Assembly (NCBI RefSeq): GCF_036321535.1
Contig: NC_087437.1
Coordinates: 36,396,001-36,460,000 of the forward strand
DNA: 64,000 nt
Direction: 5' to 3'
Source: Camelus dromedarius
Taxonomy: Eukaryota
This document shows, in pieces, positions 12,860 through 26,714 of this stretch (the first letter of the stretch is position 1; every line of letters starts with the position of its first letter). Position numbers and translations under genes: made by a program. The notes beneath the pieces were generated by a model, which searched no databases, was not told the DNA's origin, and saw only the letters and a list, made by a program, of their open reading frames with translations.

Positions 12860-14875
12860 AGGAACTTTCCATTTTTCACTATTAAATATAATGCTGGCTG
12901 TGGGCTTTTCATAAATGGCTCTTATTGGGTTGAAGCTATTTCTTTCTATTCCTTGTTTGTTGAGTGTTTTCCTTTTTACAAATTTTGTCAAATGCTTTTT
13001 CTGCATAAAGTAAGATGATCACGTAGTTTTGTTTCGTCATTCTGTTAATATGGTGTATCACATTGATTTTCATATGTTGAAACATCCTTGCATTCCAGAG
13101 ATAAATCCCACTTTGTCATGGTGTAATTCATTTAATGTACTGTTGAATTAGTTTGCTAGTATTTTGTTGACAATTTTGCATCAATATTCATCAGAGATAC
13201 AGGTCTGTAATTTCCTTTTCTTATAGTATTTTTGTCTCGTTTTGGTATTAAAGTAATGCTGGTCATGTAAAATAAATTTGAAAGTATTCCTTCCTATTTA
13301 AGTTTTTGGGAATATTTGAGAATAATTGGTGTTATTTTTATTTAAACGTTTGGTAGAATTCTCTGGTGAAGCCATCTGGTTCCGTATTTTCTTTGTTGAG
13401 AGGTTTTGAGTACTGCTTCAGTCTCCTTACTTGTATATGTCTGTTCAGACTCTTTTCTATCTTAATGAGTCAGTCTTGGTAGTTTACAGGAATTTATCCA
13501 TTTCTTCTAAGTTATTCAGTTTGTTGGCATATAATTGTCCTCAGTGGTGTCTTACAATCCTTTTTATTTCTGTATCATCAGTTGTAATGTCCCTTTTTTT
13601 ATTTCAGATTTTTATTATTTATCCTCTTTATTTTACCTTAATTTAATTTAGGGTTTGTCAATTTTGTTGATCCTTTTAATAAACCTTTTAATTTTTTTTC
13701 TATTCCCTATTTTATTTAAATCAGTTCTACTCTATTATTTTCTTCCTCTGCTAACTTTGTACACAGTTTGTTCTTCTTTTTTTAGTTCCTTTATGTATAA
13801 ATTTAAGTTTGTTGTTTTGAGATTTTTTTTTCAATGTTGGCATTTACCACTATAAACTTCTGTCGGTACTGCTTCTGCTTCATCCTAAGTTTTGGTATGT
13901 TATATTTTGTTTTCATTTGTCTCGAGACGCTTTCTACTTTCCCTTGCAATTTCCACTTTGATCCATTAGAGTTTAATTTTCACATATATGTGAATTTTAC
14001 AGGTTTCCTTTTGCTATTAATTTCTTCTTTCATTGAACTTCTTTAAGATAGTTATTTTCAATTTTTTTGTCAGTTAATTCATAGATCTCTAATTCTTTAG
14101 GATCAATTTCTGAAGATTTACTTATTTTTTCCTGTTATTGGGTCACGTATCCCTATTTCTTTTCATACTTTCTTATTTATTGCAGGAATTCAGGCATTTC
14201 AAAAAAAAATAAAGCCACCCCTCCCTAGTCTTTACAGACTGACTTCATACAGGATAAGATCTTTACCAGTGAGCCTGGGTAAAGATTCTGGGGGACACTC
14301 AAATCTGTTCTGGTCTGGGGATGTGTTTTCTCTAGGCTTATGCTTATAGTTTCCCAGTCAGAGAAATTTACCTTTTTCCCCCTCTTCCCAGGAGCTCATA
14401 CTCTCCTCTGCGGCTGTGCTCTCATTGGCTGCTGGCATTCAAAGTATCGGGTTTCCCACCTGCATTCTCACTCAGGTGTGTCAGCCTCCAGACAACCTGA
14501 AACCTTGGATGTACAGTCTACTCTTCTCTTTCCCTCCTGAGGCAGGAACCTCAAGCTGCAGGCTTTCTCCAATTGAGCTGAGCAGCACCAACTTCAGGTA
14601 AGGCCTCTTTGGATAAAATGCAACAGTTTTTTTTTTTGTCTTGTTTTGTTTTGATTAAGCATTGAATGCGGTAATGGCTTTGTGATTCTTGGCTTTGCAT
14701 TTCTTGGCTTTTGTGTTTTTCTAGGCTTTGTGTTTGCTTGAGGTACTGAGGCTTCTTAACTAGTTTCTGGAGTTTTCATAAAGTCTTTTTGGATCATACT
14801 CTGTTGTTAAGTCAATTTCTCTGTGGAGGAACAAGATCTGGGTCTTCCTATTCAGCCTTCTGGCTGATTTCACTC
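12860..14875 (-). mobile_element. Old L1M (L1M4/L1MB-like) with internal deletions: ORF2 part (~12860-14045) joined to ORF1 start/5'UTR (~14045-14875)
   Basis: Antisense ORF2 motifs (ccttgcattccagagataaatcccact; tggtagaattctctggtgaagccatctgg); ends cctattcagccttctggctgatttcactc, like an L1M 5' terminus. Confidence 0.8.
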
Positions 14876-15143
14876 AGGTTTTGTTTCTGTGGAGGCCTAG
14901 AGGCCTTGCTCCCTGTTGCCTTCTTGCTGTGTCTTCCTCCGGTCCTCCCTGGCTCTGCATTGTCTGTGTCCTGATCTCTTCATATAAGGACATTGGTCAT
15001 ATTGCACCGAGGCCAAGCCATAAGGCTTCATTTTACCTTAATTACTTATTTAAAAGCCTTATCTCCAAATAAAGTCACATTATGAGATACTGGTGGTGAG
15101 GTCTTCAACATATGAAAGTTGGGAACACAGTTCAGTCCACAGC
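14876..15143 (-). mobile_element. MLT1A-like LTR, partial
   Basis: gtgtcctgatctcttcatataaggacatt...ccttatctccaaataaagtcacatt...acacagttcagtccacagca. Confidence 0.85.
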
Positions 15144-17899
15144 AAAGTCTGAATAAAATATGGAGCAATATATATTTGGTAAATGTGGAAGTAATGGAAC
15201 CAATCACTTTAAATCTAGTAATTGCCAATAATAAAATAAATATAGACTTCTGTAATAAAAAATTAAAATAAAATAGTTAAAAAGGCAAATAACATATCTT
15301 ATTTAATGTTAAGTATGCATTAAGAAAATTTTTAATGCATGATGTACTTCTGAGCTGTATAACTGTCCACAATATTGAAAAATATCAACAAAACTAATTG
15401 ATGAACACGGAAACCTATCTGGAAATGAAAACTCAAGTCTGCAAGATTATGTTTTTACATTTGACTTCAGAGCATGTATTTCCTTTGATAGATAGTTTAA
15501 ATCTACAATTGAGAGAGTCTGAACTTTGAACAACTAATATAATATAGACCCTTCTCAATATTTTTGATAGTTCTTCTTAAATAATATGTTTTATTGAATA
15601 GTGGCAGTAAGAATAAAATAAAGAATGTAAACGTTTTATACAACTAATTTTTTGGTTTTATATGCCCCAGTTTTTTTTCTGAAAACAAAATCAACATAGA
15701 CTTTGCAATAGATAATATAAGAAAATTTCAGGGTTAAATATAAGACAAAATTAAAAGAGTCAAAAATTTTTGAGAAAATGAAAGTGACATGGATGGTTTT
15801 GAATAGTAATGTTGCTAGATCTTTGGTGAAATTTGAATAAAACAGGAGTTGTATTCCTGAAAGTTGGGGATCAAAGAATTCCCCAGTGACCTAACAGCAA
15901 AAACCTCACTGTGTATAGCCTCTAGTCCATTGTGATTCAGAATCTCTTTTTATAAAACAGACTTGATTATGACTGCTATATCTCATTACTCTGTTGAATA
16001 TTAATCAATCAGTAATATTCCCATCTTATGGGAAGAATACAGACTAGAATAAATGATTTCGGAGTAGAGATTTGAACTCTTGTGCTTACCTTTCCTTCGT
16101 CAGTCCAACCTTAGATAACATTAATTTCAGTGATGAAACAGTTCGTTAATGATGAGAAAAGTAATTTGAATTTTAGTTTGAAAGAGTCATTTCCACTGTT
16201 GCATATTGAAAGTAGTCACTCATCTTCAAATAGCAGCTGCTGACATCTATGGAAGAATTTGGAAAATTCTATTTAGAAACCAATCTGCTTTCACATAACT
16301 TATGTAAGTTGTTTGCCTCATTCTTTATTGCAGAGACTATCTGCATGAAAAAGGAATTCTTATTTCTCTAGAATTCATCTGTGATAGCTATTTTGCCACC
16401 CAAAATGGTAATTTTCTCTCTGTAGCATCAAAACTGGTAGCTTTAGAAAGACTGGGACTTACAAAAATGCTTTCATTTCTACACCAATAATACATAGTAT
16501 CTCATCAGAGCTACTTCCATACTCTTCATATTTAGTATTTCTATGACACTGTTGAAAGAGTTCTCAATAATATCTACTTGAGAAACTTTTATAACTTTGT
16601 TTATTCTCAACATTCACTTTTGATAGTTTTATGCCTACTGTTACTAATATTCATGACATACTATTTTATTGTTTTGAAAATATTAAAAAAGTTGTATATC
16701 ATCTCCCTTTATCTTCTCAGCAGATTTATAAGGTAGGTGTTATTTTCATTATTGATGAAGAGATTGAGGCATTGACATCTAAACCTTGACCTTCTTATAG
16801 TAAAGTTCAAGATCTGCCAGACATTGTCTCTTTAGGCATTATAGTTAGAAAATTAAAGAACTGTAATAAGACAGATGAGTAATGAAAAAAAAGAAAATAG
16901 AAACTCTAGTTATTTTTTTAACATTGGTTGCAATTTCCTAAAAGGAAGAGACTGTTTTTTGCTTACTAGTATATCCCCAGAATTAGGCACTCTATCTTTC
17001 ATTAAATATATATGTAATGTGTTCTGTTTTTAAGAAAGCTTAGAGTATGCTATATAAACTAGTGTTTGGAGATGGTTATGAAAGAGTGAAATATTATTAA
17101 TAATAAGCAATGAAAAGTATAATTCTCCTGTATATTCTTTCTATAACATTAGGAAGTATAAGCTAAATTCAAGATTATGCTATAAACTGTGTGAAAATCA
17201 GGGCACGTGAATCCCCAAAAGTAATTAAACCTAACCCAAATGTTGCATCTGATTCTTTTCATTTGTGTAACCTGTTAGGTTAACTTCCAATGAGAATTTT
17301 AAGTATTTTCATAGCATTCACATACTCATTTTTAAAAGCTTGAAATAAATAACATGAAAAGAACTAATATATTTATCAGGTCTTTCACTTAAGTTTCTGC
17401 AGTATGATATGTCTGTGGCTCTCATTTTTCCATTTACTTTTTTCAATCAGTCTCCGCTAAGGTAATTAATAATAATGTAAAATTAAAGAAAAACTATATT
17501 TATTTGTAAAATGTACTATTTGTACAATTAGCTCCTAATTCTTAATTAAAAGCAAATTTATTAATATTTTTCTTTGCTTTAGTTTGTTTTCCTTTTATGG
17601 TCTTGATCTAAACTCTGAAAAGTAGAATATAAAGGAGCACAGGTATAAAGAGAAAAAATAGAATTACTTTTTCCTTTCATTGTCTTATGTGTAACATGAA
17701 AACAGGAGTGAGGTTGAAGCATAAACTTGAACGTTTTATCTTTTCTTATGAAATGTATTATTTTACAGGTCTGTTATATTATTGTGACTTTGAAGACCAA
17801 GTCTATATGGTTACATTGAATGCATTGAACTTGATGTACCTCATTTAAAAATGTCAGGGATATTTGTGAGCTTACCACATTAAGTTGTTTTTCAGTTTT

Positions 17900-18190
17900 C
17901 AATATTAAAAAAAAAAAAACCCAAATCTGAATTAGCTGCTCACATTTAAAAGTCAGGCATTTCACATAAATGTCTGGATTTGTTTTTTTCCTAAAATATC
18001 TGAAACTACATTAACACAATTTCAAATTTTGTTTAATCTGTGTGTATGTTTTCCCTAAATTGTACTGTTGGTCTCTAGTCCACTATAGCCTTCACTCCAT
18101 GCATCAGTACCTATTCTGGTTAGCCCAACATTCCCCTTTAGTCTTTTATATTGCCTGGTTACCTTTAACGATTTGATTGTGTAATGTTTT
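17900..18190. mobile_element. hAT-Charlie MER102-like remnant
   Basis: acatttaaaagtcaggcatttcacataaatgtctggattt resembles MER102 as I recall it. Confidence 0.45.
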
Positions 18191-18200
18191 TACAGATAAT

Positions 18201-18585
18201 TGTATTCATCTGCTATGGCTTCCAAGACAAAATAACACAGACTAGCTGGCTTAAACAACAGAAATTTATTTTCTCACTTCTTGAGGTTTGAAGTCATAAT
18301 CAAGGTGCATCAAATTTAGTTTCCAGTGAGGTTTTCCTTCCTATCTTGCAGGAGGCTGCCCTTCTATTGTTTCCTTACTTAGCCTTGTCTCTGTACATGA
18401 GGAGAAAGATTTCTGATAACTCTTCCTTTAATAAGGACACCAGTTTTATTGGGTCAGGGCCCCATTCTTATGGCCTCATTTATCCTTAATTACCTTGATA
18501 AAGGCCCCATCTCCAAATGCAGTCCCTTTGGGGATTGGGGCTTTGACATGAGAATTGAGAGGAGGAAACAACTCAGTCTATAATG
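18201..18585 (-). mobile_element. MLT1A-like solo LTR with 5-bp TSD
   Basis: ggcttaaacaacagaaatttattttctcac; TSD ATAAT at 18196-18200 and 18586-18590. Confidence 0.9.
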
Positions 18586-18729
18586 ATAATATTATTTACA
18601 CTCTGTTATATATCACAACAGAACTGATCCTTAATGACATTCCTTTTAGCATAGTTTTCCTAGTAATCTCTTTTTTATATATTCATTGTTACCAGCATTT
18701 TCCAACTTAAATTTTCTAGGCATCTCTTA

Positions 18730-19260
18730 GTTCGACAAATATTACTGCATTGTTCTATATCCAAATACTATTTTATGAGTTGGAAAATCTCATGGATAAA
18801 AAGTGAGAAAAAAAAAGCATACTTTCAGGAATCTTTCATTCTAGTGAGAAGGTGGGACACAATGAACAAAATAAATAAGAAAATTCATAACATGTTAAAA
18901 GGTAATAATTACTATGGAAAAATAAAAATGGGGAAAAGGATAAGGAATAATGAAGGTGAAGTTATAGTGTGCAATTTAAGATAGAGTAATAGATGAGACA
19001 AATTTCCACCTATCTTTGGAAAGGTGATATTAAAGGGAAGTGCAAAAAGTGAGGGAGTCAAAAGTGGGTATTTGGAGGAAGAATATTCTAGACAGAGGGA
19101 ACTACAATTGCAAAGGCTGTAGCGCAGGAGCATGCCTGGCATGCTCAAAGCACAGCACAGAGTCCAGTGTGCCTGGAGTTGAAGGAATGAATAGCTGAGA
19201 AGAAGTGGGAGAGATGTCAGAGAAGTGTCACTAGGGCCTTGTAGGTCGTATGAGATTTGT
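18730..19260 (-). mobile_element. L2 (L2a-like) 3' region
   Basis: gaagaatattctagacagagggaactacaattgcaaaggc...gagtccagtgtgcctggagt...tagggccttgtaggtc. Confidence 0.85.
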
Positions 19261-19269
19261 TGAAGTTTA

Positions 19270-20950
19270 TTTCCTGCAAGATTGCCTCAGAAAGACCGAG
19301 GAAAATGGTTGATGATTCTTGCGTGGCCAAAACTGTCTTTGCTTTGATAATTTTATTGAACCAAAATACGTTTGGGTATAAACTTATTTGGTCACACTTT
19401 TTGAAGGATATTTGTAAATGCTCTTCTGTTGTATTCTGTTGTGGATTTTTGTCTATGGAAAAGTCTGATGATAGTCTCATTATTTTTCCACATTTTCACT
19501 GAAAGTTTATTTTGCCTTGTTTCCCAGAGAATTATTTTTTTTACTTGTGAAATTCATGAACATTTTTATGTAATAGAAAACAATGTTGTATTTTGAAATG
19601 TACTAATTACCTTTTATTTAAATTTGGATAATTAAAAATATCTTTGACTTTTATTACTTTGTTGTTTTAGTTATGTTTTGTTTAATTTACTCATTCTGTT
19701 TTTCTGTATCTCCTTTTCTGTTTGAGAAGTGTTTATTATTCTGGTACAATTTATAATTTTACTTTCATTTGTGAGCCCTTCTGTGTTGTGTTTTATTTCC
19801 TCTACTTTTGCCAAAGCTTTTGCTACGAGCTGTTGTAACTCTGCTTTGTACTCTTGCCTCATGGAAGCAATTGTGTGTATGTTTGCATGTGAGGGGCAAG
19901 ATGTGCAGGTGTGTTTATATTTATTGTGTGTCATTTGGCTCTGATTTTCTTAGACTCCATGGAATTATTTTTCTATGATTTTCTTTGCTCTCAAATGTTT
20001 GTATGTAATTTTGCTTTTTTGATATAACCTATTTATCCATTCTATGCTGCTTTTTTTTCCCCAGGAGAGTTACTTATAGAATGTTTATGTTTGGTGCCTA
20101 TAGCAGTAGTCGGGAGCTGTGCAAGATAGTCAGAGTTATGTAGGAAATTTTCTAAGGAGGAGGAGGTTTGAGTATGAGTCCAGTTTAACCTTTAAAACTT
20201 CTCAGCCAAGCATTTACAGAGATAAGGGACGTTCAATAAGATGTACCCCTTATTGGCTTTAGTCAACAACTAAGCTCAGATCGCTTCCTGAAAAGACTGC
20301 TTAGTTAAGATTTTCTTTATTAAATTTTGAATCTTATAGTCTTTACGGCTAAAATATTCATTTTCCTCAGGTGCAAACAAAGGATTTTGTTTGTACCCCT
20401 GCAGATGCCAGTTAATTTTGAAATATATATGCCTGACACTTTGCTATCTGTAGACATGGATCCTTCTTTACACTTCTTCCTGAATTTACTTCTGTTTTTA
20501 TTGCTTTTGGAATTCTTTCTATTTATTTTATAGTTTTGAGTTTTATCTGTCAGTTTCTCTATTTTTCACCAAACATGAAATATTTATGTTTATTTCTTGT
20601 TGCCTGCTGCTTTTGGGTAATATTTTTTAAAAGAGAAGATGAATGTGGAATGCAACTTCTTATTTCAGTTAGTTTTTTTCAGTATTTCTTACACATTTTC
20701 ATTATACTTTCTCCATTTATCTTTGGGTGACAGAATTCTGTTCACTAGCTGTTTCTTCTGGAGAGGTTCATTATAACAATATTCTCTAAATGTTCTGTGG
20801 AAATATATTTATCATTGCCTTTGTATCTAAATAAAAGGTTAACAGGATTTTGAAATCCTGAACCTTGATTTGTTTCCCTCTGAGGACACTGTAGACCTTG
20901 CTCTAATATCTCTATATAGTACAAGTCACTGTAAAGATGTTTTCTCTAGA
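19270..20950 (-). mobile_element. Very old L1ME/HAL1-like ORF1-region remnants
   Basis: T-rich; ctatggaaaagtctgatgatagtctc and ttgggtataaacttatttggtcacact match antisense ORF1 3' motifs. Confidence 0.5.
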
Positions 20951-21169
20951 TTACAACTGTGTCTTATTCAAGAGCATAACTTTTAATAGATTATGTGTCC
21001 CATTTTAACCATGCTACACTTGATAGCCTACAAAAATTTATATGCACAGTCACATGTGGGATAAGTTTAGAAAGCTGAGCTATAGAGAATCTATTGCCAA
21101 TAATAACAAAGTACCAAAAGTTAACTATATTTTATACTACATTATTAATACTAATGGTGTTATATTTAT

Positions 21170-22045
21170 GTTTTAGGAATTTTGCAAGCCTATTATTACG
21201 TAAGAGATTGTTAAAAATTAAATTAAACACTTAAAGTTAAATAAATTATATTAATAACAAAAATAAATGCTCAAATCTCATCACACCTGAGTACTTAACC
21301 ACATTTACTACTATATCTGCTCTCAAAGTTGTGTCTGTCATCTGTGTTGTGGAAATACTATAACTACTATGCATCTCTTCCTCACTGTGTACTCAGTGGT
21401 ATCATGTTGATAGCTTGATTAGTCTCAGTAGAAATATTTGCACCATGAAAATAGGCAAAAACTATAAAACGATCCTTGATTTATTTTGTTGTTTTTGTGT
21501 AGAAAGAGGTGAATGAAGGGGAGTATGTTAATAATGTAGATGAAACCTAAACGTGTGTTGTATCTGTAGCCTAACTGTGGAAAGCATAGACCATTGAGGA
21601 AATAATATTCTAATATACAGAATGGACTATTTTGTTCAGGAAAGATACCACACACAAAATGAGTGAAGTTTCTACATAGCTAGAGCTGAGCCTGAAAGAG
21701 GTTTGACTTTAATGAATATAATTTATACAATGATGACAGATTTACAGTAGATCACATACAGTTTTAATGATAATAACTTCGTTGGGAAAGGAGTTTGTTG
21801 ATTTAATAGCAATCCTGTTTGTCATGGATAAACTACACCTATACAGGTTAGCTAAGAAAATAAGAGCACAACAAAAACTTGAGGCTTCCTGTGAGAATCA
21901 ATTAGCTATTGAAATTTACAATAAAGAATATGACATTTTATTATTTCTAATAATCATTTTATTATTTCTAAAAACCATTTATCTCTGTATGCATACACAC
22001 ATTTTTTCCAGAGAGCCAGTTATAAAACAGTAACCAGCAAACCAT
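21170..22045. mobile_element. MER63 (hAT-Blackjack) non-autonomous DNA transposon
   Basis: Start ggaattttgcaagcc; end gagagccagttataaaacagtaaccagcaaacca; internal gagaatcaattagctattgaaatttacaataaag. Confidence 0.75.
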
Positions 22046-24234
22046 GTACATCAAACTTTGCAAAGTGCTTTGGTAATGACCATCACATAGAATTATTTGG
22101 TATAGCCTCCTAGAAGTCTCTAAATACACTTCTCTTTTGCTGTATTGAGGCTAGGTGATTCACATGGGAATATGAACATGAGAGTTTGCTTCTCTGAATT
22201 TCAGAAAATTCCAAAAGAAAAAGAAAATATTTTCTTAACTGCCTCAATAAATCATACTGATAAGCTGAGTGACTATTAATTTCTTTCTCCATTCACTAAT
22301 CCACCATCCAAACTGTGCTTCTTAAGGTCTTTCAAACAAAGTAGAGATGGTCCATAAAAAATTTAATGGTTGCTCCCATTGTTTAAAAAAAAAAAACGAA
22401 ACAGTGTTCATAAAAACTCAATGAATGTATTTATCAAGACCATGCTCCTTACTCAAATGGGCTCTTATTTTCTCAGTGTAGGTCAGGAGAGGAAGCAAGG
22501 TGATATGTCCTATTAACAAATAACTCCAAGGACTTGACTGTGAGAAACCTGTTAGCTTTTAGAACCAAAAATTAACAAACAATTGAGAACTAATCTCTTG
22601 GTTTGTGTGATGCTTTAAACATTTCATTTATACCAGGAATAGCATATTGATGAAATAAAAAAGAGAAATAAAATGTCTTATTGATATTTCCTTTAGCAAT
22701 AAATATCTTAGAGTCTACATAGTCAAATATTAATAGAAAAGCAAATATGAATAAAAAGTTATCTTCTTTGAAGGGCACCAGCAGATTATTACACTCTCCA
22801 CAGAACCTCCTAAAAAAACTCTGAAAAGACAATCTACACAAATGCATATGAAAACACATTCACTATAGGACTGTGGAAATCTTCCATGGAATAAACATTG
22901 ACTTAAATTCTGGCAAATAAAACAGCAACTTTTCTTTTTTATTTGTTGTTTAGTGTTTACTGTATGATACCAGACAGTGCTAAGGGCTTTATATGTATTT
23001 TGCCCTATAATTTTTACAATAAGAGTAAGAATTTGAGTATATTTTATATTGGCTTTTAAGTAGTTTAAAAAAGTTTTTGATAATAATGTTATATATAGTC
23101 TTAACTTGAATACAAAATATATAGATATAGATGTACAAAACATTTACAATATATATTAGTATTGACGATAAGGGAACATGGTGGCTTTTTTTTACATATA
23201 AAATAGCCTTATTATTTTGGTACCAAATCCATTTGCTCTAAATTGTGCATAATTCTAAACAATGTCAACGTTCCACTTAATCACTTCTGCTCTTCACTTA
23301 ACCATATTATGATAATAGAACTTGTAACATTACTTCATGCAAACAAAAGAGATTAAGCCTTATTTATGATAATGCCTAAATCAGTTTTGATGATACTGAG
23401 TAAAATTTTCATTGGTGGAAAAATTGCTGATAATGCACACAGGGTCTGATTTGGAGTTAGATATTTCCACCCAAAGCTCCTTGCAAGGAAAAGCTGAAAT
23501 CATTGCACAACTTCTTTAGAACATACTTTCAGAGACTGTGGGGATCAAATAAAAATCATTTCTCTAATACATTTGATTAAGTATCTTCAACATCTGTATT
23601 AAACATTATAATACTCCATAATTGATTGATTAATAAATTCCAGGTAAAGACATTTTTCACAGAGTTCTGAAATGTATGAGTTTTCCAACCTCCTGTCCAT
23701 CTATTTCCTGTCCCCTTTATCAACATGTAGATATCCAGTATTTAACTAAGGTAAAATCAAATGTCAAGCATGTTATGGAAAGTAATGTGTTTTTTCAATT
23801 CAGTAGGCATGTAACATTTAAACAGGAGAAATCCTAAGATCCAGACACTGAGATCATGCAGCTAGAAAGAATAATTAATAGGATTATTAACAAATACAGA
23901 CAGTTTATCCATTGTTTAATATATTTTCTGCTCAGGGCTCAGTAAGAAAGTTTTTCTTTTTACCAGATTATATGAAATATAGTACTTATCACTGGTGAAA
24001 CAATATAGATCAGAAAAGCTTTAAATCTACTCTAGGATTGCAAGACAAGCCAGATATCAAATACCTACTCTGCATGGATTTACAGAGCAAACCCTAAAAC
24101 CTAAAATGAGGCAATTTTACAAAATATATTGGAAAAAATTAATCAAATATGGATAGTAATACTTTTATTTAAAAGCTGAAATATAAGCAATCTCAAGAAT
24201 ACATAGAGAAGTTTCTGTGTAATTTTTGTAACAG

Positions 24235-25353
24235 AAGAATATGACACAGCAAAGGAAACTATAAGCAAAACAAAATGACAACCTACGGAATGGGAAAAAA
24301 ATTTTTGCAAAAGATGAAACTGACAAAGGCTTAATCTCCAGAATATATAAGCAGCTCATATGACTTAATAATAAAAAAACAAACAACCCAATCCAAAAAT
24401 GGGCAGAAGACCTAAACAAGCAATTCTCCAGTGAAGACATACAAATCGTCAATAGGCACATGAAAAAATGCTCAATATCACTAATTATCAGAGAAATGCA
24501 AATCAAAACTACGATGAGGTATCACCTCACACCAGTCAGAATGGCCATCATTCAAACGTCCACAAATGACAAATGCTGGAGAGGCTGTGGAGAAAGGAGA
24601 ACCCTCCTACATTGCTGGTGGGAATGCAGTTGGTGCAGCCACTATGGAAAACAGTGTGGAGATTCGTCAAAAGACTAGGAATAGACTTACCATATGACCC
24701 AGGAATCCCGCTCCTGGGCATATATCCAGAAGAAACCCTACTTCAGAATGACACCTGCACCCCAGTGCTCATAGCAGCACTATTTACAATAGCCAAGACA
24801 TGGAAGCAGCCTAAATGTCCATCAACAGATGATTGGATAAAGCAGAAGTGGTATATTTATACAATGGAATACTATTCAGCCATAAAAACCGACAACATAA
24901 TGCCACTTGCAGCAACATGGATGTTCCTGGAGAATGTCTTTCTAAGTGAAGTAAGCCAGAAAGAGAAAGAAAAATACCATATGAGATCGTTCATGTGTGG
25001 AATTAAAAAAAAATGAACATAAATACAAAACAGAAACAGACTCATAGACATAGAATACAAACTTGTGGTTGCCGGTGGGGAGGAAGGGTGGGAAGGGACA
25101 GACTGGGAGTTCAAAATTTGTAGATACTGACAGGTATATATAGAATAGATAAACAAGATTATACTGTATAGCACAGGGAAATATATACAAGATCTCGTGG
25201 TAGCTCACAGTGAAAAAATGCGACAATGAATATATGTATGTTCGTGTATAACTGAAAAATTGTGCTCTACACTGGAAATTGATGCAGCATTGTAAACTTA
25301 CTGTAACTCAATAAAGTAAAATTTAAAAAAAGAAAGAAAAAAAAAGAATATGA
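24235..25353 (+). mobile_element. Young 5'-truncated L1 (copy A): ORF2 C-terminus, 3'UTR, A-tail, 10-bp TSD
   Basis: ORFs give [35 protein letters not shown] (CCHC) and [15 protein letters not shown], split by a frameshift near 24630; AATAAA 25310-25315; TSD AAGAATATGA at 24235-24244 and 25344-25353. Confidence 0.95.
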
Positions 25354-26714
25354 GACACAAGCATAGGTTTAAAACCTCATTATATATATAGAGAAGGTCA
25401 TTATAACTTGGCCAATGCAGGGAGAAGAGAATTTCCATCGTAACTACAGCCTAATATTATTGGGATTAAGTTTTTTACCACTTATTTAGTAAGAAGTAAC
25501 TATATGCATAAAATGAAATATATTTGTAAAACTTGCAATTTCTGTCTTAATCAAATTTATCTCTAGATAATTCTCATTCTATGATATGAATTCAGTTATC
25601 CACAAAGAATATCTTCATCTTTAATAAAAAAATCCCTTCATGGTTTCTTAAAGCATGTATTATTTAAATTGGTGGAGCTTATGGATTCAAGAATGGAAAA
25701 ACACTTAGGCAAACAGAGTCTTTCATAGAATGTTTCTTTTATAAGACTTATTTTAGGGGGTTGATATATCATATATAATTTTGGTGAATCAGTGTGTTTC
25801 ACTTTTTACCTTTTATATGTAGAAACTTAAGATGGACTTGTTTTGCAAATTCACTTTAAATTATTGGGAAAAATGTAAACCATCCAAACAATGTGAACTC
25901 TTAAACTATAAACTGTTAAAACACAAGCATGCACACATGTACTTCTAATTGTAAAGTATTTTTTAAAACATCAAATCTATCTGTTTTCTCATGCAGTTAA
26001 AACAGATATTTTCTTAAATTGTATTTAAACCCCCCCCAAAACCGATGCATAGACCACTGCTTACATTTAAAAAGATCACGTTGATATTCTGGTGACTGCT
26101 GAATATCTAAGTGAAATAGAAGACAAAATTCCATCAACTAAGGTTTTGAAAATATGGAATAATTTCTTACTCAGTATGAGAGGAAATTAATATTTCTAAA
26201 TTTTCTGTTCCATTCTTTATATCTTTAGGAAGTTGTACTGATCACATTTTCTAGTTGTGTTTAATCTCCATTAATCTTTTTGCATAAAAAGTTGTGAAAC
26301 TGCCAAATTGAAATGCCTGAATTTATTTCATCCAGTGGTTTTATTGACATTTCAAGATAGAAAATTGATCACTTCACAGTGCAGAAAGATACTGTTTGAA
26401 AGAGTCTAGGTGACTTATTCCAAGAGGAAACTTCACAAAGAACCATGTTTGGACTTCATTGACTGTTGGCACCCTCAAACTTTATTCATTTCATAGATAA
26501 TCTGTCTATGAAAGCAAAATTTCATGATTGAAGGATAAAAAAGTACAGTCTAGGATTTTACTATGTGAAATACAATTATGTGGGAAACTATTTATGTTAA
26601 CACTCCTGGTACATTTTTTCTGCCTCTGGGAAGATTTATGTAGATTGTCAGAACATAATATAGAGGTTGCTCTGTTAAGAATCTGAATAAGAATCTATAT
26701 AATCTGATGACTAA

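Noticed and set aside
17769..17865. Possible 97-bp exon (ttttacag ... gtgagc)
   Set aside because: Stops in all three frames, weak donor context and no partner exons. A non-coding exon cannot be excluded.
22730..23143. 137-aa minus-strand ORF
   Set aside because: AT-rich, non-ATG start, overlaps a MIR/L2-like fragment and has no recognisable homology.
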